DNA of 64,000 nt, taken from positions 20,708,001 to 20,772,000 of the forward strand of contig OZ249442.1 in the NCBI GenBank assembly GCA_965235115.1, read 5' to 3'. Positions 36,233 to 49,700 of the stretch are shown here, one piece after another (the first letter of the stretch is position 1; each line of letters begins with the position of its first letter). Both the position numbers and the translations under genes were made by a program. The notes under the pieces were generated by a model. It was not told the origin of the DNA, did not search any database, and saw nothing but the letters and a program-made list of their open reading frames with translations. The stretch is from Laetmonice hystrix. Its lineage: Eukaryota.

Positions 36233-36448
36233 CTACTCAGGCTCTACTCGCAAAAAGTTTCGGAAACCTGCCCTGTCTTGATGAGCCAGCTCGGGAATAA
36301 GGTGCTCATAAAGACCAAAACCTGGCCTTCTGAGCAGCCAATACCGGACCCAGAAGCGCTCTATCCGGCGTTTCCGTGCCCTCTGCAAACGACGCTGCAG
36401 TAGGATAGCGGTGGATGTGGAAATAAAGAGTGTTGGCAAGTCAGCCAT
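36233..36448 (-). pseudogene. Truncated N-terminus of a Harbinger (HARBI1/ALP1-type) DDE transposase
   Basis: RRIERFWVRYWLLRRPGFGLYEHLIPELAHQDRAGFRNFLRV fits the family N-terminal pattern R.WVR.WL.RR...G.Y..L..EL...D...F.NFLRM (from recall); the frame stops next to a nested MITE. Confidence 0.8.
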
Positions 36449-36775
36449 GACTGAAACAAGTGAAAGTTGGCGCCAATAAAAGGTGACAGTTCGCACGCGC
36501 CACTTCCGATCAACCGTAGTAGATACGTAGTAGATACGTAGTAGTGCGTATTAGAACGTATTGAAACGCAGCTAATCGTACCCTACCGTAGTAATTCGTA
36601 CTAAACCGTAGTAGTTGGTCCGTACTAGGACCTTAGAAGGACCGTACTACATCGTAGTAGCACCGTAGTATAAACGTAGTATATCGTACCATGGCACATC
36701 GTAGTAAAAACCGTAGTGGACCATTACCGTAGTAGTCGTAGTAGCGCCGTAGCTCTAGTGTGAGAGCACCTTAAG

Positions 36776-37059
36776 CATGGCGTACGGAGTAGAGGTGAAG
36801 GATGTTGTCACTTGACTGAGATTGGAAGGGGGGGGCAAGTAGGAAGTTAGGGGGGGGGGGGAAGGAATTTTGTGGAGGCAACAGAAACGACAAGCAAAAG
36901 GAAAAAAGACAAACTTTGTAGAAGTTATTGACATGTAGAACACGTTTGAAAATGCAACTAATCTGAATTGGGGGGGGGGGGGGGGGCAAAACATACTATT
37001 CCCCCAATCCTTTTATTGGGGTCACGGCCTCGGGGCCCCCCTTTTTTCCTACGCCACTG
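36776..37059. mobile_element. CAGTGGCGTAG-family MITE abutting the Harbinger derivative
   Basis: CATGGCGTACG at 36776, TTTTCCTACGCCACTG ending at 37059; same right end as the 35948 copy. Confidence 0.6.
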
Positions 37060-40000
37060 TGTATAGGCATGGGGCTTGCATGGGGTCCAGAGATTTGAGT
37101 TGTGGCCACGACCAGAGAGTGTTCTGGCAGCTCGTGAACCCACAAGGCTTTCACTCAGTGCCAGGTATAGGACAGTGGGGTTGTCGTGTAGGCGTGTATG
37201 TTGTCACCCATCGCCCAGAAATAAAGGCCGCGGCCCCTCTTTACGCAGCACGTTTACCTGAAAAGTGTTTCCTGCCCCAGGGTCCATTTAAAGGCCTGCA
37301 GCTCCCGAAAGGTCAAGTTTCAATGGAAACCCTGGGCTAAGGCTGTGTGACGCATTGAAAGCTGTGTGGTAATGTTTTAGTGGTATCTTTTGTGAAGGTC
37401 GCTCGAAACGACCCTCTTTTCCCGTGTGACATTTCGCAGATAAACGGGCAGGGCCAGGGCAGTATTATGTCAGATACAGGCCTGCGATATGGAGGAGTCA
37501 CTGCAGTTCTCAACGAAAGATATATGCAAAGGTTGCACTATATAACTGGAGGCAGACCTTTTGATATAGAGGGGACGGGTGGGCTATGGATTTTCTCCGT
37601 AAACCATTTTGTTTCATTTTCAAATGCAGACAACGTTTTTTTCCCACTTGTGGATATTTATTTTTTGACATGCGTGCCGAGAACAGACTTTTTTTCCACC
37701 GAATGCTGAACGAACTAAAAAAAACCCGGGTATCCAATGAACCGTCCCTATAACTTGAATCACTTCGTGCAAGGTTTGCATATATGGTTCCTTGCTTATG
37801 CCATGGCAATGGATCATGCCTCGGTGAAACAGCGCCCTGACCTTTACAACGTTATTGAAAGGATACTATACATTATTATAGGTCGGGAATTTACTATTTC
37901 TGACGACTGTGTGACAGCGATGAAGGCTTAATCTAAAATGTCGTTCATCAACAACAAAAGTACAGAAACTACACTTCAAATCGTGCTGACTGCCAGGAAA
38001 GTGGGCCAAATTTATTGTTGTTATTAATTTGATCATAATTAGGTTGACATTGGGGTTACAACTGGAAAACAAGTCCTTATACATTTGCATAATTTAATAT
38101 TTAATGCCTCAAATGCTAAACACGCACATGTCTTGTCCTTGTGAAGTAATAATATATGTAGAGAATCTGCACGCTCACTCGATCCTTGATGTTTTAAAAA
38201 GGACGTTGCCCATCTTTTCGAGAAAGAGAGCTCATCATTTTCTGCTAGCTTTATATTTGAGAACCCCGGGGGAGATTTCATGTCGCATCGCATATGATAA
38301 GGGGGACGTTGGTAACGGTTGGCCATACGAAATGACAGAGACATACTTTTTCGGTTATATTTGAATAAGGAAAAAGATATGTGTCTTTCCGATTAAAGAA
38401 TTACATTCTCTCAAAGTTAACGTGTCTTTAGTGTCTTGGTCGTCAATGTCTGGGCATTCAGGTACAGTTCATTTGCGATAAAATATGGAAATAAGAAAAT
38501 AGGACAGTGATATAGTTAGCTAATTTGTCCCAGAAAAAAGTAAAGTGGATCAAAGGAAAATAATATTTTTAGTCAAGTACGGTACATAACATATGGAATC
38601 ACGTTCCAGTTAAGTGCCACTTTATTGAGCTCAAGATTTGACAGTTAAATTGCTACTTTATTGAGCTCAAGCGGAACCTTGAGCTCTGATAAACAAATAC
38701 TTGTAGTACTTGAAAAGTCGTTACTGTGTTTGATCAGTGATAAATAACACAGGCGTCGTTTTTGTTGATCGTTCTGGGTGAGCCTAGCCAGTCTGTGGCT
38801 GTTCTCGTGATCAAGGGCTATCGAAGTATACAGACACAGCAGTGAACACATTAATAAAGCAGTTCTGATAATACTTTATATATGCAGGCTGTAATGCTGT
38901 CACATATACCGGGACATACATAGACGCGGACTTTTTAACGCTGTGTAAGGCATACTGCTGTGTAGGGAGAGAGACGTTCCATACGAGTGCCAGGCTCGTA
39001 TAGAACTACAGAAAACACAAAGTTCCCATGAACGAAGTCACAGCCGGGGACACCATATGCCTAACTTCCCCGACCGCCTGCAATTATAGATAATCTGGGG
39101 ATTTACGGCAGACAATAGGATTAGTCGACGCCATGTGATCCTGTGTTTATATGGATCACAAACTTAGTCGCCACTTAATCCATGTCTGACCCGGACACGG
39201 ATCGACACTGCTCCTGGCGGTGGATTTGGATTTCTGAAATCCTCGTAAAGTGAGAACTTTCGTTATTATGGGTCATTGGTTGGTGCGAACGGTAAGACAA
39301 GTAGTATGAGCTCGACTCGCTCGATTCCTGATGCACAGGAATTATTCCGTCAAATATAGGCGATAGTCAGGGGAAACCGGAATGCTCGAAGAGAACTACC
39401 AGTCACAAGTAATCCAGTTCCACATGACAAACTATAGTGGCAATTTCTCCCAAAATTTTCAACGAAATTCCATTATTTTAGGCCTATGCATGATAGGCAA
39501 AAGTTTGGAAAATAGGTTGCCCAGCCCCCCCCCCCCCGCCACTGCGTCATGAAGGAAGCGCCTGAGACCACAGGACGTTTTTTTTGTGCGTCCTTTGATT
39601 ACCAAAATTAAGAAGTCGTACATGAATTGGGAAGTATTGAGATAGGTTTACATCGTAGTGAGTGTGATTAACACAAACACACACATTCGTACAGTGTGCA
39701 CAGATTTCTTATACTCTGATCATTGACCTTGAAATATTTCCTTGATTCATCATGCAGTACATCATACTGATATGGTGGGAACTGCTATAGCGTTGAGGTC
39801 TATGAACCCGTCAGGATGGTATGCCTGGAGGTAGTCTTCGCCTGAGGCGTCACGATGGCTTCGTTCTCGTGGACCAGTGCCGCCACCAAGCGACAGATTT
39901 CAGAGTCTTGTTGTCTCGGGCCGTCATCGGTTTCTCCTCTTCTAGGTCATGTCAAGCTACGTCCTTTTGCGCTTGCGTCGGCGCGAATGAATTTCCATGA

Positions 40001-43000
40001 ATCATTTCAAGAACAGGAGTTGAAATAGCACTCTCTATATATATCTCTCTCCCCTCTCTCACTCCCTCTCCGCATATTTACGATGACAGCAAAAAGAGCA
40101 TGTCGTCTAGGCCTAGATTCGAATAGTTATGTTCAACGCTTCACATATCTGCCTTATAAATAATCAGATCCGGGATCTTATTTTAATCGTGTAGAACTTA
40201 TCATTTCCTCACTATGGCTGGTAAAACATCATTCAGAAACTATGCAAAGCATTCAAAACATTCGTGATAAAATGTTGATAGATGAAAACAGTGAAAGGAT
40301 CTAGAGATACGGAGGCGACGGTTGGGTCTGTTTAAAATGGATTGTTAGCTCAGCCGACATGAGTCGCCTGGACGTAGTATGGGGACGGTATCATAGTTAT
40401 GTATTTTGTGTCTCTTTGTTTTAACGGCCATGACCTCGAGGGCAAAACACTCGTGGCAGTATTTTGGTTGTGCCTCCAACATGAACTGCTGGTGACTCGT
40501 TAAGTTTGATCAGGAGAAGAGATCTGTCTTAGAAGGCGTGCCGGGTTTAAGCATAATATTATCAAATTCTGCAAATACATAGGCCTACTGTAACAAATCC
40601 ATGTTCTATATGTTGGTCTGCACGGGTGCGACTTGATTATTGCAAGCCTACACGTGCAGGGTAAGTCTTCCATGCGCGTGCAGGCCGCTATAATAATTTA
40701 TGCAAGGCGTATTACGTGCTATCACGTATTAAATGATTAAATACTATTTGGAAATGCTCCCAAGTGAACATGTGTTGCATTGGCGTACATAATAATCATA
40801 CGACACGTTACAGTGAATATATGCACACCTAATTGTCATGCGTGCATGATGACATAGATCAGCGTTTCACGTGAGTAGGGCAAGTGGATGCAATTATTTG
40901 GTTCTATTCCGAGAATCTATAACGTGCATGAGGTGTTGATGAAACAATGCAATGCCGCTCAAATCTCATCAATTTTCCCAATCTCTAGTATAGCCTAAGC
41001 CCAGTAAACTTTGATATTCTGGTTGAAATCGAATGGCATGCGATGTGGAGACCGATTTTTTTAACACAAGCGTACACACAGAACCCCTAGGACCCTGATC
41101 ATGACCCGGTTGACCTGGTTAACGTGTCCATGCACCTATTGTATTGATCTGGTAGCAGGCAGGTGCAGGATCCATGCAGGCGACCTGCGCAATGACAAAG
41201 AACTGGCCTCAAAGGCCCGGGAATACATTGTGTATACCTTGGCTACTTCCTGGCTGGGCTGACCGAGTCACAGCCAGGCGGTCTACTCCCTCGCCCACAA
41301 ACAAAGTCTATGCATATATCTATTTTGTACGCAATTCAAGGTTGATTTTGTATGCAGGAAATGCCATAATATAGGGACATGTAGGTTCTGTTTGAACGAA
41401 TTTTGTTCATGATTATTGTGGTGTTATAGCCCAGTTCTGTTATAACCCGTGCGATCTGTACTAAAGGAAAAACTGTTATGTGATTATTACATATGTATGA
41501 CTATTATATGATAATTCACCTCCACTGTTGAACCAAGGTACTTTATTACATAATATACCCAGGACCCAGGTGGTTATATCATCGGCCCAGGTTATATTCT
41601 GAGATGATCCGGCGAGACCCAGGCAGTCTGTCTGGACTTCAGTTCATATTCAATCATATATTGGCGCAATGGCTCTGGGATATTCTCTATTTAACCCGCC
41701 CTAATTCGTAATTACCACCATCCCAGCAACCCATCGCCATGGTGCTGTTGTATAACCACTATTTAATTAACACTTACAGGTAATAGTGACAATTAGCCAT
41801 CTGGGATGGGATTTCCTGACGGGGCAGTTTGTGTGGTAGGATTGTGTAATCGTTTCGTTTAACAAAGGTCTGTTTTTATAACACAGCTTCACTCAATATG
41901 GTCATGCTATGCCTATAGAAGATAAAGAGTTGATTGGGACACGAGGGTTTTAATCTATGCTATAAATTTCCAGGATGGTGGATCGTGAGTTATGTCCGTA
42001 TAATTCAGCTGTTTGATAATCACTGTAAAATAATTAAGATATCATGCTGACATTATTCTGCTTTTAGGTTTACTGCTACGGTACAAGCCTAATGCATTTA
42101 ATCATGGGTTCTTTGTTATGTAACAATATAATATTATATTATGGTGGCACGTTTTGTTCCAAGTCGTCTCCATCAAGGTACAAAATCTAGGTCTGTTTTC
42201 AAAAGGTATAACCTTAGGCAGACATCCTGTCTGCCTCGCACAATTACCTGAACAACATCAACCCTCTTTGGAATTTAATTTGTCTGCGAGCCACTTGGAC
42301 TTCAAGCGCTAATCTGGCATTTCCAGCAATTGAGTGACTTCATACAGCAAGCCGTTGACAAGTCGTAGCGACTCCCTGCCAGGCACCTCAGACCTAGAAC
42401 GTGTGAACGCCAGCCATGACAGCCCACCCAGACTTCTCATGCTACCTGTATAAATGTAGGGAGACGTGCATACCCTAATGAGTTAGAGCTACAGCCAGAG
42501 TCTGCAGCAATATTGTAGAGTCACTGCTAATGGAATGTAGATCCATTCTGGACGTACTGGATTGACAGTTTATCCGGATCAAGTTGACGTCAACAGCAAC
42601 ATTAGGGACGATTTAGAAACCCGCTCTCGATGAAATATCCTTGCATACTTAACAAGTCTTTACATGGGTAGGTGAACGGAAGTAGCAGACGTAAGAGTTG
42701 AGGAATTGAATCGTTTCCAGATTACTTAGCAGACGTTTGGTTCCTCTGAATTCGGGATCTGAATCTGGAAGGTACTTTCTGGGGATATTTTAATAGTCTG
42801 TAACGAATACGAGTGGGTGTGTGTACTAATTGGGTGTTTTTATCTGGTTTGATAAATGAAAATGATCGTGATTATAGTTTAGTAATATAAAGAGAAGAAA
42901 TGCTCCACGATGCGTGCAACCCTTCCTGGCTACAGAAGTTAGGATCCCATTGAATTGTCATGAAAGAATGTTTTGATCTGGTAACGAACAACAGTTCGCG

Positions 43001-43384
43001 TTACCATACCCACCCTGTGTTGTAGACCAGGAGGAAGGATTGGCAGTATTGATTCTGATAATTCTCCAAATCCCCGTTAGGGGAGCCTATAGTATACCAC
43101 CCCCAAATCTGCAACAACTCGGTTTAAAACACCAGTATGTTAAAATCTGTGCTGCCAAAAGTCGCTGTATTATGGGATGTCTTCGTGTACAAACCGTACC
43201 AAACCATTGAACACCACTTGCTGATATTAGGGGGAACGATTCGCATGGCTTCGTCAAGGATAGTTCCATGCAGTGCGAACGTTGCATTTGGTATTCAATT
43301 TCCCCTTGGTGGATGTGTGCACTGAAGCGTGAATAATATTCCGGCAGGCTTGGTGTTATTTGGTGTAAGGATTTCCTGGGGAGG

Positions 43385-44970
43385 TTTTTTAGCCCCCACA
43401 ACGGGGGGCTTATAATTCGACCTCCGTCCGTCCGTCCGTACGGCCGTCCGTCCGTCCGTCCGTATGTCCGTAGACAGGGATTTCTCAGAAGTGTATGGGT
43501 CGATTTCTTTGAAACTTCACACAAGGATCAGGGATGAACTGAGGATGATGCACGTCAAACAGATTTTTGATATCATTCAAAATGGCCGCTTGGCGGCCAT
43601 TTTGGATGAAAACACATTTTGAGCAATAACTCAGCCAAAACAATCACGATTTCTTTCAAACATGGTGCAGAGATGAGGCATAATGAGGGCCAATATTCAT
43701 CACAATAAAATTTAAATTCAGATCCAAAATGGCGAGATGGCGGCCATATTTGTTTCTTGACCCCGACAATGACACTGTTTTGGCTTATATCTCGAAAACG
43801 GTGCAAGATGACGCAATAGTTACTATTATTGATAGATAGGAAGTCATATAGGACGTTTCATTTGGCGCCATTTTCGATGACCTTGAGCGACCTTGAAAGG
43901 TCAATCAAGGTCATGCATATTTTCAATAGCCTGGATCTTCAAAACAGTTAAAGATAACGACATAATCTTGCAAGAAACATTACATAATGATCCGTGACAG
44001 TCCACGGATGAGGCAGGTCAAAGATATTTTTGACATCAGTCAAAATGGCCGCGTTGTGGCCATCTTGGATGTAAACACATTTGGAGTAATAACTCACACA
44101 AAACGATCCCGATTTCTTTCAAATTTGGTGGAAAGAAGGTGTATATGAGGGGCAATGTATATGCCAATGTATTGCCAGATCAGAGCAAATATGGCGACAT
44201 GGCGGCCATATTAATATTTTACTCCCCCCCCCCCATAACACTGTTTTGGCTCATATCTCGAAAACGGTGCAAGATAAGGCAACAGTTATTATTATTGATA
44301 GATAGGAAGTCATATATGAAGTTTCATTTGGCGTCATTTTCCATGACCTTGAGCGACCTTGAAAGGTCAATCAAGGTCATGCATATTTTAATGGCCTGTA
44401 CCTCCAAACCAGTTGAAAATAACAACATCTAATCTTGCATGAAACATTACATAATAACCAGGGACAGTCTAAGGAGGACACAGGCCAAATATATGGCTTG
44501 GTGGCCATCTTGGATTTAAAGAAGTTCGAAGCAATAACTCTGCCATTTTCTGGATTTCGTTCGTGCTGACAGAATGCATGAGGGGCAACAAGCGTGCGAA
44601 AAGTACGTATAGTCCCCGGACCCACAGATAATTTGTCCCTACTCAGTTGGTTCACGCCAGACAACGCTATCAAACTGTACATAACTGACCTCTAAAGCAA
44701 GGTCAATCGAGGTCAAGCATATCTACAAAACACTTCATGTCGGATAACACTATCAAACTGTACATAACTGTATAGTTATTGCAGAGACATGCATCTTTAC
44801 GCCGGATAACGCCATCAAGCTGTACAACTGCATAGAACTTTACTAAGTTTACAAAGTTTCATTTGACAATATTTCCTTTGCCCTTCAAAGATCAATTGAA
44901 GTCGTGCATCGTTTTTTTTTCAAGAATCCATAGTTCGTGGTGGGGGCTATAAGCTTCACAAGCTTGTTTT
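43385..44970 (+). mobile_element. Non-autonomous Helentron-like element (HINE / DINE-1 / pearl architecture)
   Basis: T-run, then subTIR TAGCCCCCAC with a nearby complement (GGGGGGCTTA), a (GTCC)n microsatellite at ~43427-43470, two ~470-bp core repeats (AAAATGGCCGC..GACCTTGAGCGACCTTGAAAGGTCAATCAAGGTC), 3' subTIR GTGGGGGCTAT, hairpin AAGCTT-CAC-AAGCTT and a T-run. Confidence 0.85.
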
Positions 44971-46778
44971 ATGGTGGTTGCAGGGGGTTTTTCCAGGCAG
45001 GGACGACGGGCTGTCTTGTGTGTCTCACCTGACTACAGGTACGAGCCGTGGATTGTGGCTCTATGACTCATTGTGACACAGACCCACGTTGGTGGGGGCC
45101 AGTCTGTCTTTGTCCTCCTCTCCCCCTCCCCCGGAACGGATTTTACACGGCACAGGCGGTGGTGTCGCCAACATCATTCGTGCCCCTTGGTAAACCTTCC
45201 TGCCTACCGCCCCCTTTGTCCCCCCCCCCTTCCATACTTTCTCCCCTTCTGCACACCTCTGTGACCCAAAACATCCACTTTGACGAAACCACAAATCACT
45301 AATATTATAAAGAATCCTGCAAGGTTCTTCCAAAAATAAGTGTATGCGACAAATAAAATGACCGACAAATTAGACAGTAAGAAAAAGGTTGTTGTCACGT
45401 CTCAAGCGTCACAGTATCAGGAAAGACGACTGTGGAGAATTCTGCCGTTCTATTGTTTTTATACCAGTACACTGTACAGATGGACGGAGTTGTTTGCCGT
45501 CACGTTGAGTTGGACTCACAGGTCAAACACCTGAACAGCTGGCCCACTTCCCTGAGCAATATTTGTTAAAGGGGTGACTGCAGAATTAGGATGAGGTCAG
45601 CCAGGAACGTCCTCTACCTGTCAATCACTCCTCACAGGGGGCAGGGCAGGGTAGGGTAGCCGGCCGGGGTAAGGACAGCTACCCCCTCGGGCACATCCAG
45701 GGGCGTTTGGTGGGGACTCGACATCAGGTCAACTCACGTTGTATCCCACCTTGAATCTACCTGGCCGCCAGCCGAGTAGGGGGCGTGAGTAGGGAGGGGG
45801 TGAATGGGGTGTTAGTGGCTGGTCACTTGGTTAATGTATCTATCTTACCCTTCACAGCTCTCCCAACCGGTTCTCATCAAAGTCACCCCCTGTAATTGCC
45901 CAGCCAACTGGACCGTGTATAGCGTCACCCCCAACGTCTGATAAAACGATTGGAATGACATCAGCTATTTCCAGTTGACTTATTCCAACTTATTTGACCA
46001 GACTCTGCCCTTCACCTGTGCAGTGTTAGCCACTGTTTGCAGCATGTCCAGGCCTACCCCTATTGTAGTACAAACCACCGCCATCTCATTTACGTGTTAC
46101 TTCAGGCCAGCAATAGACCTTCACACAACTTTTCGTCTATCTTTGGCATGTTGGATAGTGGTGTCGTACATTGTGCACGCATGCATGACATCATCATAGA
46201 GCTGCGTGAGACATGTGTGCAGAGACTTGAGCACGTGCCACCGCTTATATATCACATTTATTACCCAAACATGCGTTGTCGGGAGAAAATAGTCGCATAG
46301 CGTGTAACGTCTGGCTCGTGCTAATATCGTGTTGTTAACAGAAAACCTTGTCAGTGAGATTTGACGCTACTTTTACCTGCGTGATCTGTCCCAAACACAA
46401 CCATTTAAATTTATAGACTTCTCCAGGTGGACCGTCATTCGGCAATTATGAAACTGTCATAATTAATGAGCTAAAATAGTACTCTAACCATTGTAATTGG
46501 TGGCTAATAACAGGTAGATTAAATCTAGTCGGCCGTATCATACTCGTAGTAGTGTAGGCCGATAATACTGGGAAGGGGAAAACAAAAAAATACATGTTCT
46601 GGATCGTGTAGGCATAAATGTTGTTGTTGTAGAATGAAGAGTATGACTTCGACTATTATTTCCTGAAAACTAACGTTCTACTATTTATGTTTTTAGGAAC
46701 TGAGATAGAAGAAATCGGGACACCTTCCTAAGACGAAGGGATTTATATACTCGCTAGCCGTCCTCCTCACAGCCAAAC

Positions 46779-49700
46779 ATGAAGTGGAAATCGTTGACAT
46801 TAGTGGCTGGCTTTTTTCTGTGCCATATTTGTGTGACTTTTTCAAAGTCTTTACTCCGGTTAGCCGTGCCCCATAATGTGAGGCCAGGCCACGTTATCAC
46901 AGTGTTGCCCGACCAGTTCGGGCAGGAGTATAAACTCAGCGCCAGCGGGGACAAGAAACTGGCGCAACTGTTTACCGTGATGAACCAAGTGGAGTTGATC
47001 ACGACGCAAGACATTTCGGAATTCGAGGGCAATTCCGTGTCCCTACTCCTAGAGAGCGGCGGCCCGTCCAAAACATGGTCCCAAGTATTACATGTAAATA
47101 TCCAGAAAGACCCCCCAGGTGTCCATTTCTATGGCCAACCTTACGTTGGCCACATAAAAGAAAACATGCCGTCCAACACGGCCGTGTCCTCACTAAGTGC
47201 CTTGTACGACAGCATCAGCAAATTCCCAGAAACGGCATCGTTGTCTTTGGTTTCCGGGGACTTGCAATACTTCGACCTCTCCCAGAGCTCCCAGAGCGAT
47301 CAACCGTCCAAGTATTCCATCCTAAGCCGTTCGGTCTTTGACCGTGAACTCAAACCGTATTATCGGTTGCTGATACGAGCCAAAGATGCACTTTCAAAAC
47401 ACGAGGCTTATGCCGTTGTAAAGATCCACGTAGACGATGAAAACGACAATGCTCCAATCTTTGAGAAGTCGCTTTACCTGGCTCAGGTTTCGAGCAGCGT
47501 GCAGCCGCTCAAAGCTTTGCTCACAGTTCGTGCCGTTGACGCTGATAACGAGCCTGTGGAGTATAGCATGGACGACCATCATCCTATCTTTACAGTTAAT
47601 CCCAACTCCGGCGAAATTCTAGCGAAGAGGCCCTCAAAAATCCAAGCACAGCATTATGAGTTTATGGTTTATGCACGTGATTTCCGGGGTAAACACACAA
47701 CGAAGACGACTGTGCGCATCGAAGGAAGGTCAGCGACAAATGACGTCATGACGTCATCCCGCAGACGACATCGTCGTGCGATCCGTCCAAAAAAGGTGTT
47801 TGTTGTTAGCAGACGACAACGCGGAGATCTGTTCAGCGTTGCTAGTATCCCTCCAGTGCCTTTGGAAAGATATGCATTTCAGGCAGAGCCTGTCAAAAAT
47901 CTACAGATCGACCCGGAAACCGGTATGGTGTCTCTTCTAGATTCTTGGAACGATTCTGGCGACGTCGAGTTCATGATCAACATTACAAGAACAGACAACC
48001 CAAACTGTAAGTACCAATATTGTGTTAGGACATCTGTAGTAGAGAAGAACTTAAGAAATAATTGTCTACTTTTAGAAGATGACTTAAATCATCGAGGAAA
48101 TGCTGACAATCTCAGGAATCGCCAGAAGTAAGATTGCAAGACACCGATTCAATTGACGCAATATTTTGCTGAACTTCATAATAATATCCATGCAGAATAA
48201 CTAGTTCTAGTACTGCACTTGGTCACTTTTGGATGTAGGGCTACATGTACCGGTAATTACTGTCACTCAGTGCAGTGTCCAATTAATTAATCAGCAATGA
48301 AATAATTAATTGCAATTAGTATCATAACATTGTTTCATGTCTGCATAGTAAGGGTCAGCTGCACTAGAAACATCAAGCTGGGGAAAAAATCAGTAAAAGA
48401 AAATCTGTAAAATGTACTGGACCGTGAATGATTGCTATACACCATGGGATCAGGAGACAGTCATTAGATTCCCTCCACTAGGCATGTCTTATGCTGAAAA
48501 TATAAACAGAAGGGCGTATCTCGATTTGTGGAAGTGAAATAAACATGAGCCGCATGTAGATTTACGATGTATCATCTTTGAATGTATGTCATAACAGATC
48601 ATGAATAGTTAAAGCCTAGCTGCGAATCTCCCATTTAATATATTTTTGAAATGTTAAAAAGCATGCAGTATATACAGGTTCCAGTTATACACGACTGTGG
48701 CGTTATGTTGTTGAGAATATATTTCACTCATGTGGTGTTATACTCGACAATAACTTTGTTCGAACTAGAATAAGTGAGTAACTCCCTGCGAACACTTTTT
48801 TTACCACCAAATGACTGATCTCACCAGTATAAGGGCATCCTAATCCATATTCTTTAAAAGTATAAAGAACATTTATAAATGTCCTTGAAAGAGGGACTAT
48901 TTTAGTTATCGTGAAGAGAAATGTGTGAGTCAGACCTTCTTTTCACAAATAGAATCCAGACTTGGACGAACAATTAAGGCCACGGAAATTCGAGTTCAAA
49001 GGGCTTTCCGCAGGGACTTAAAGGCTTCAGTGGTTTTCTAAGGGCCATTTAATCCCGGAGCCCGCCCCTACACCCCTCCCAACGAGTTCTTGGGGTGACA
49101 CATAGGGTATAATTGTACGTGTGAATACCCAGGGCAAATAGGTAATATAAGGGAAAGATCGCCCAATGAGCGTCCGAGGGTAAACAAACTAATTCCACGA
49201 GGTTTCTCTTTGAGGGGGACTCTGCCAAGTAGATATTATCTGATTTTGATTCAAGCAGCAACTTGTGCAGTTTTGTTGTTAGAATCCAGGCCTCCAGGAA
49301 GCATGCACGGCATGCAAGCTCTGAATTTACAAATTTGGGGGCTCCCTTTTCAGTGACGTTTTCAGGCAATAAACCTTTCTGAAAATGATATATACTTATT
49401 TCTTCCTAAAACCCTGGGTCGACTAAAGTAGTCTGATCTATAGGAGCCTACGTTACGTTATATATTTCGACTGGGATAGGGAGGCGAATATATTATATTT
49501 CTGTTAGGGCAGGGAGGGGGGGGGGCACTTCGAACTTCTGACAGTCGATATGAGGCTTTGTTACATGTGTATTGCCGTTGCAGAAATTCCCTTCTTGACA
49601 ACCATGCACCCCCGGGTCCATATTTTAGTCGGTCCGTCCTCAATATGACACCGGGACACCTATTTGATAAAAACGACTCTTGAAACAACTTCCCTAGCCG

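Larger units (their letters stand above)
34765..36770 (-). mobile_element. 2.0-kb non-autonomous DNA transposon carrying a PIF/Harbinger transposase fragment
   Basis: TIR GGTGCTCTCACACTAG at 34765 and CTAGTGTGAGAGCACC ending at 36770, with TTAA on both sides; several hundred bp of CGTAGTA/TACTACG subterminal repeats at each end. Confidence 0.9.

Noticed and set aside
39760-39990. GC-richer stretch that looks exon-like on the minus strand
   Set aside because: All three frames close within ~50 codons, there is no good acceptor and no recognisable motif.
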